Shown here: one piece after another, positions 42,801-48,800 of the stretch
Position numbering within the stretch: the stretch's first letter is position 1
Layout of the letters: each line of letters begins with the position of its first letter
NCBI GenBank assembly: GCA_021734105.1
Contig: JAIPJP010000002.1
Span: 582-64,581, forward strand
DNA from: Candidatus Woesearchaeota archaeon
GTDB lineage: Archaea; Nanobdellota; Nanobdellia; Woesearchaeales; SKGA01
Reading direction: 5' to 3'
Length of the DNA stretch: 64,000 nucleotides
Translations under genes and position numbers: made by a program
The notes under the pieces: generated by a model
The model's database searches: none
What the model was told of the DNA's origin: nothing
Seen by the model: the letters and a program-made list of their open reading frames with translations, nothing else

Positions 42801-45800
42801 ATTGTTGGAATGGTAGCGCAAATATTCAAACCGAATATCGATACTTTACTATTGATGTAACTGCTCCAGTAGTATCCTATGAATTACCTACTGATACTGA
42901 TGGTCTTGGTGTTGGACGAAACTGGACGCTTATTAATATTTCAACAAACGAACCAACAAACGTAGGTATCTTAGAATGGTATAACGGCGCAACCTATCAA
43001 AATTATACGATGAACAAAGCAAGTAACACTAGCTACTGGATAAATATGTCGGGACTAGCAGATGATACTTATTCGTATAGAGTCTTTGCAAACGATTCAG
43101 CAGATAACTTTGGCAACACCACGTCAAGAACAATTATTGTTGCAACAACCATTCCATATATTATGCTTACTTCCCCAGTTAACACAACCGAATACACGTC
43201 TAATCTACTTTGGCTTAATGCAACAGCAAGCAAACCGATTAGCACCTGGACGTTTGAACTTAATGAAGAGAACTACACCTTCACACCAGATATTATTTTC
43301 CCAGCAGAACTCTTTGAAAACAATTTAACTGTCTACGCAACAGACGCAGACAACAACACAGGAAAAATAACTATCGCATTCACTGTTAATAACACGGTAA
43401 CATGGACAGATACCTTCCAGACATACGCAGGACTTACAGCAGCAGAAAACTTAGCAGTAGATACCAACGCAAGTGTAGATTTTTGTTGGCCAGTTCTACG
43501 AAACGAAACTTTCTCTGCACAAAATAACATGGAAGCTTGTTGGCATTACCGTCAACCAGTATCAGTCACATCAACAACAACGTTAATAGATTATCAAACA
43601 GTATTGCACTTAAACATTAGCAGTTTGGTAAGTAGTAGTAAAGCAAATGCTGACTGTAGCGATTTACGATTTACCTATTATAATGAAACAACAAATCAAG
43701 ATGAACTCATTGATTACTTCTTAGATGATTGTAGTAATACTGACGATGTACAGGTATGGCTAAAATTACCTCTTATTAATTCATCATCAAAAGTGCACGT
43801 CTATTATGGAAATCCTCGCGCAGAAGACAAATCAAACGGAACTGCAATCTTTGAACTTTTTGAGCCATTTAATTCAGTAACGGTAGGAAACTGGGGAAGC
43901 AACGCAGCAAACTGGGCTAGCTCAAACGGCATTTCTTATCCAACAACATCTGGCGGTTCATCGCAAATTACTTCAACAACTGCAACATCCACTCAATATG
44001 CAATAGAACTAAAACTAGCAGGAAACTCAACATCGGGGTCTGCAGGACGATTCTTCTTTGGACGACCAGCAGGCGCAAACAAATACATGGGACTTTACAT
44101 CGACCCTCCAGGAAACAGAGTACGACTCTTTAACAACGCATATACTGATTATACTATTAATGCATCCGAACAAAATAAATACTCCTTAGTAGCAGACTTT
44201 GTTAACAACAACTATACCCTTCATGTCAATAACAGTGTTTCTCCACAAATAGAACTTTCCACTAGCGCAACAGGAAGCATTCCAAATCCAATTTTTTACT
44301 CTTACTATACACAAGGTCTTCTTTTAGACTACTACGCACTTCGTAAATATTCGCCAAACCATCCAACAGTAGGTAGTATGGGTGGAGAAGAAACACCAAT
44401 AACTAACGCGACCTTTAGAAGTAAACTTATCTCGCCAAACCCATTTGGCGCATGGGTTAATTTTATTGCTTCAGGAAATTTCCCTGCTGGAACGGACGTA
44501 ACATTCCAACTTCGAAATGCAACAGATGCAAATATTTGTGGTAATTTAACATATGCTCAAGTATCCGCAGGCTACGAGCCATGCATGAATGCAGCATTTT
44601 TTACAGATGTTTACCTTTGGGCGCAATTAGAAACAACAGCAACATTGAGCACACCTTATTTATTTAATTGGACGATAGAATGGAATACTTCTATGACTGA
44701 TAACATAGTTCCGCAAGTAACGGTGACTTCGCCTTTAGCAATTACGCAAAACCAATCAACATCAGTTCTGCTTCAAGCAACTGTTATTGACAATGTTAAT
44801 ATGAGTCACGTTTTTGCTAATGTTTCTTGGGATGCAGGAGTAAACTGGGAGAACATAGAACTTATCAAACAAGGAACAAGTAACACCTATAATGCAACAT
44901 TCACTAATACTAGCTTAATTGGTGTTTACAACGTAGCTTTCTTTGCAAATGATTCCCGAAATAATATTAATGATACAGAAACTGGCAATTTTACCATTCG
45001 AGACTCAGTGGGACCGACTATTAATTCTCATAACGCATCACCATCACCAACTGCATATGAATTAAACATTACTATTCTTGCAAACGTAACTGACAATCTT
45101 GGTGTTGGTGACGTTTTCGTAGAAATTGAAAACACTAACTATACTATGCAACCGCTTGGTGGTCAAGTATATAGTTATGAATTTAACACAACAGATTATG
45201 CAGCAGGAACCTATAATTACTATATTAATGCAAATGACACGAGCAATCCTACTAACTGGGCAATTGAACAAACAGGAAGCTTTACCATTGCTCAAGCAAC
45301 CAGCAACATATCGCTTTTTATTAATGGCACACAAGGAAACTACGAAACAAATCAAGACTATCAAATAAATCTCAGCGCAATCATTACCAAGCCATCGCCG
45401 ACAACAGACTATATTGCAATCTTTGTCAATGGCACATTATCGGCAAACGCATCAGGGACAGCAGAAAACATCACCAGCTTTACACCAGGAACATATAATA
45501 TCTCCGCATCTTATTTAGGAAACGAAAATTACACGAGCGCCAGTGTATGGTATACGTTAACTGTTAACGACACCGAAGCACCAATCATTAACAATTATAA
45601 TGCAACGCCAAACCTGACTGCATATAGAAACGAAATTACTATTTTTGCAAACATCACCGATAATATTCTTGTAGATACGGTACTTGTAGAAATCGTTGGT
45701 GTAAATTATAGTATGAATGGACCGCCAGGAGATATTTATAATTACACGTTTAACACAACTGATTATGCGGCTGGCTTTTACAATTATACTATTTGGGTTA

Positions 45801-48800
45801 ACGACACCGCAAATAATAGCGCAACAAAACAAACAGGCAACTTCACCATAATTCAAGTAACAAGTATTCTTGCACTCTATTTGAATGGCACGCAAGGTAA
45901 TGAAAATGCAACGACAGCAGACATTATTAACATTACTAGCGTGTTAACACTACCAGCAGGAACATCTGACTTTGTACAAATCTACAGAGAAGGTTTGCTT
46001 ATTGCAAATAGCAGCAGTCCAGCAGTAAATATTTCGCAGCAACCACTCGGTTATCATAATATCACAGCTGAATTCTTAGGTAATGTCAATTTCACAGGAA
46101 CTAGTGTGATGTGGTTCCTTAATATCACGGATGGCACCCCTCCAAGTATTAACTCCCACAATGCAACACCAAACAGTACCATTTACGGCAACAACATAAC
46201 GCTTTATGCAAACGTCACAGATAATGTTGCCGTTGATACTGTTTATTTTGAAATTAATGGCGTGAACCAATCAACAACGCCTGCTGGAGATATTTATAGT
46301 TATGAATTTAATACAACAGATTATGCTGTCGGATTCTACACGTATCGAGTACTGGCGAATGATTCATCAGATAATTTTGCAACACCACAAATAGGAAACT
46401 TCACTATTTTTCCGGCTACTAGCGAGCTTCATCTTTATTTGAATGGTACCGAAGATAATGTAAGCTTTGATGAGGACTTGTTGATTAATTTGACTGCTGA
46501 TTTGAGTGTTCCTGTTCTTGGTGAGAATGTTTGGATTTTGCTAGATGGTGTGAGTGTTGCTAATAGTTCTAGTCCTGCTGTAAATATTTCTGCTCATCAG
46601 CCTGGAGTCTATAATATTACCGCTGTGTATGCTGGCAATGAGAATTATTCTGGAACTCGTGTTACTTGGTTTATGACCATTAACGACACGACAAATCCAA
46701 ATGTAACTGCATTATTACCAACCACAGGATTTGTAATCAATGATTCTATGCCTATTCTTATTAGTGCGAATATAACTGATAATGTAAATGTAAGCAAAGT
46801 CTTTGCAAATGTAAGTTGGAATGGTATGTATAATTACATTGAATTAACAAGCACAAACAATTTAACGTATAATTACACGTTTACTAATACTTCCTGGGTA
46901 GGAAATTATGGTGTACTCTTCTTTGCAAATGATTCTGTCAATAATATTAACAATACAGAAACAACCTGGTTTAATGTTACGTTCTCAGATGATCAAGCAC
47001 CAAACATTACTAGTTTTAATGCAACTCCAAACGTAACCAGTTATGGTAACAATATCACTATTTATGCAAACGTGACTGACAATGTCGATGTGAGTGATGT
47101 ATTTGTAGAATTTGATGGTACGAATTACAGCATGACTAATGATAGTCTACCTGGAGTCGGTGGTTCAATTTATGGTTATAGATTCAATACAAGTAATTAT
47201 GCAGTAAACATTTATTCATTTAGAATTGTAGCAAATGACACAAACAAAACCCATCTTCTTACGGCAAACTTTACACAACTAACAACAGGCGATGCACTTA
47301 CTGGTCTTTTAAGTTATTGCGAACTACGCGAAAATAGTACGAATAATTGGTCATCACCAATAAAAATGTCTTATGATTCTGAAACAACAACCTATAGCGC
47401 AACACTACCTTCCCCTAAACAATATTGGTTTCAAATAACTTGTGTGGATACAAAACAGGAAACAAATTTATTTATTATTGGTGATGTAGATACTAGCAAA
47501 CCAAAACTCATTGATTTACCAACAAATGAATTGTTTATTGAGGATTTATATGAACCGGTTAATGATACTAATTCGCCAACAACAATCACCTATCAAACAA
47601 GCAATGGTAATTTTGTTTTAACAACAACAGAAGGTATCTTAGAAGAATTTGGCGTTACTGATACTTTGGCTCTTTTTTTTACTATACGTAATGTTAGCAG
47701 TAAACCGGTTGCTGTTGATTTGGCATTACCTTTTGCATTACCTAAAGGATTACATTTCTATTTATGGAAAGAAGTTAACGGTGAAACAATTGCTGTACCT
47801 TATGAAATTTCTTCTGATAGCAGAAGTCTGACGCTGATTTTACAAGATGGCGTTATTGATGAAGATGGACTTGTTAATGGCGTTATTGTTGATCCTTTAC
47901 AACTTATGTTACCTACCTACGATTTCTTTGTCTCAAAAACCAATACAACTAGTACACACGTAACGGTTGCTGAGCGAGAATTTTTCGTAACAACACCTAA
48001 AGGAGCATTGGAGTCCGTGGCATTGGTAGATCCCCTCAATCTGCCAAACTTGCCCGGTACTCCAAACTCCTTTACACATAAACTCGTGCGCTTCACAGCC
48101 GACACGCTTGGTGCTGAAGCGCTCGATGTTTATTTGACCTATGATGACTTACCAATAGAATTTGAACTATGGAAATTTAATTCTCAAACCATTGCATGGT
48201 ATGAGTTTCCTTACGAAAGAATTGATGAAAAAACTATTATGATAACTTTGTATGATGGCGGCTTAGGAGATGATGACGGAGAAGTTAATGGTATTATTGT
48301 TGATGATGTGGGCATAATTAGTTTAGGAACAGAACTGCGCATTGGCGATTTGAGTGACTCACAAACAGTTTATTCGAATGAACAAAATTATTTCTATGCT
48401 AATTATACGAACGCATCAGACGGTAGCGCAATTAACGACACTATTGGCTATTGCGAATTCACAGAAAATAGCACTGGTAGTTGGAGCGCACTTGTGAATA
48501 TGACGTATAATTATGAGAATGGATTGTATGAACTTAATAGAACAATAACGACAGGTACGCATATGTTTAATGTGAGTTGTTTTTCAACAGATGTACGTTA
48601 TCAAAACATAACGCTTAATGAAACATTCAATATAACGCTCTTTGTAGATGAAGCGCCAGTAATTGAAATACAACTACCTGCAGCAAACGTAGTGACTACA
48701 GTTCAAAATGTTAGTTTTTCCTGTGGATTTACTGATACACTTAACTTAGCAAACATTACACTTTACTTAACAAATGCAACAAACGAATCATTTGGTGTTA

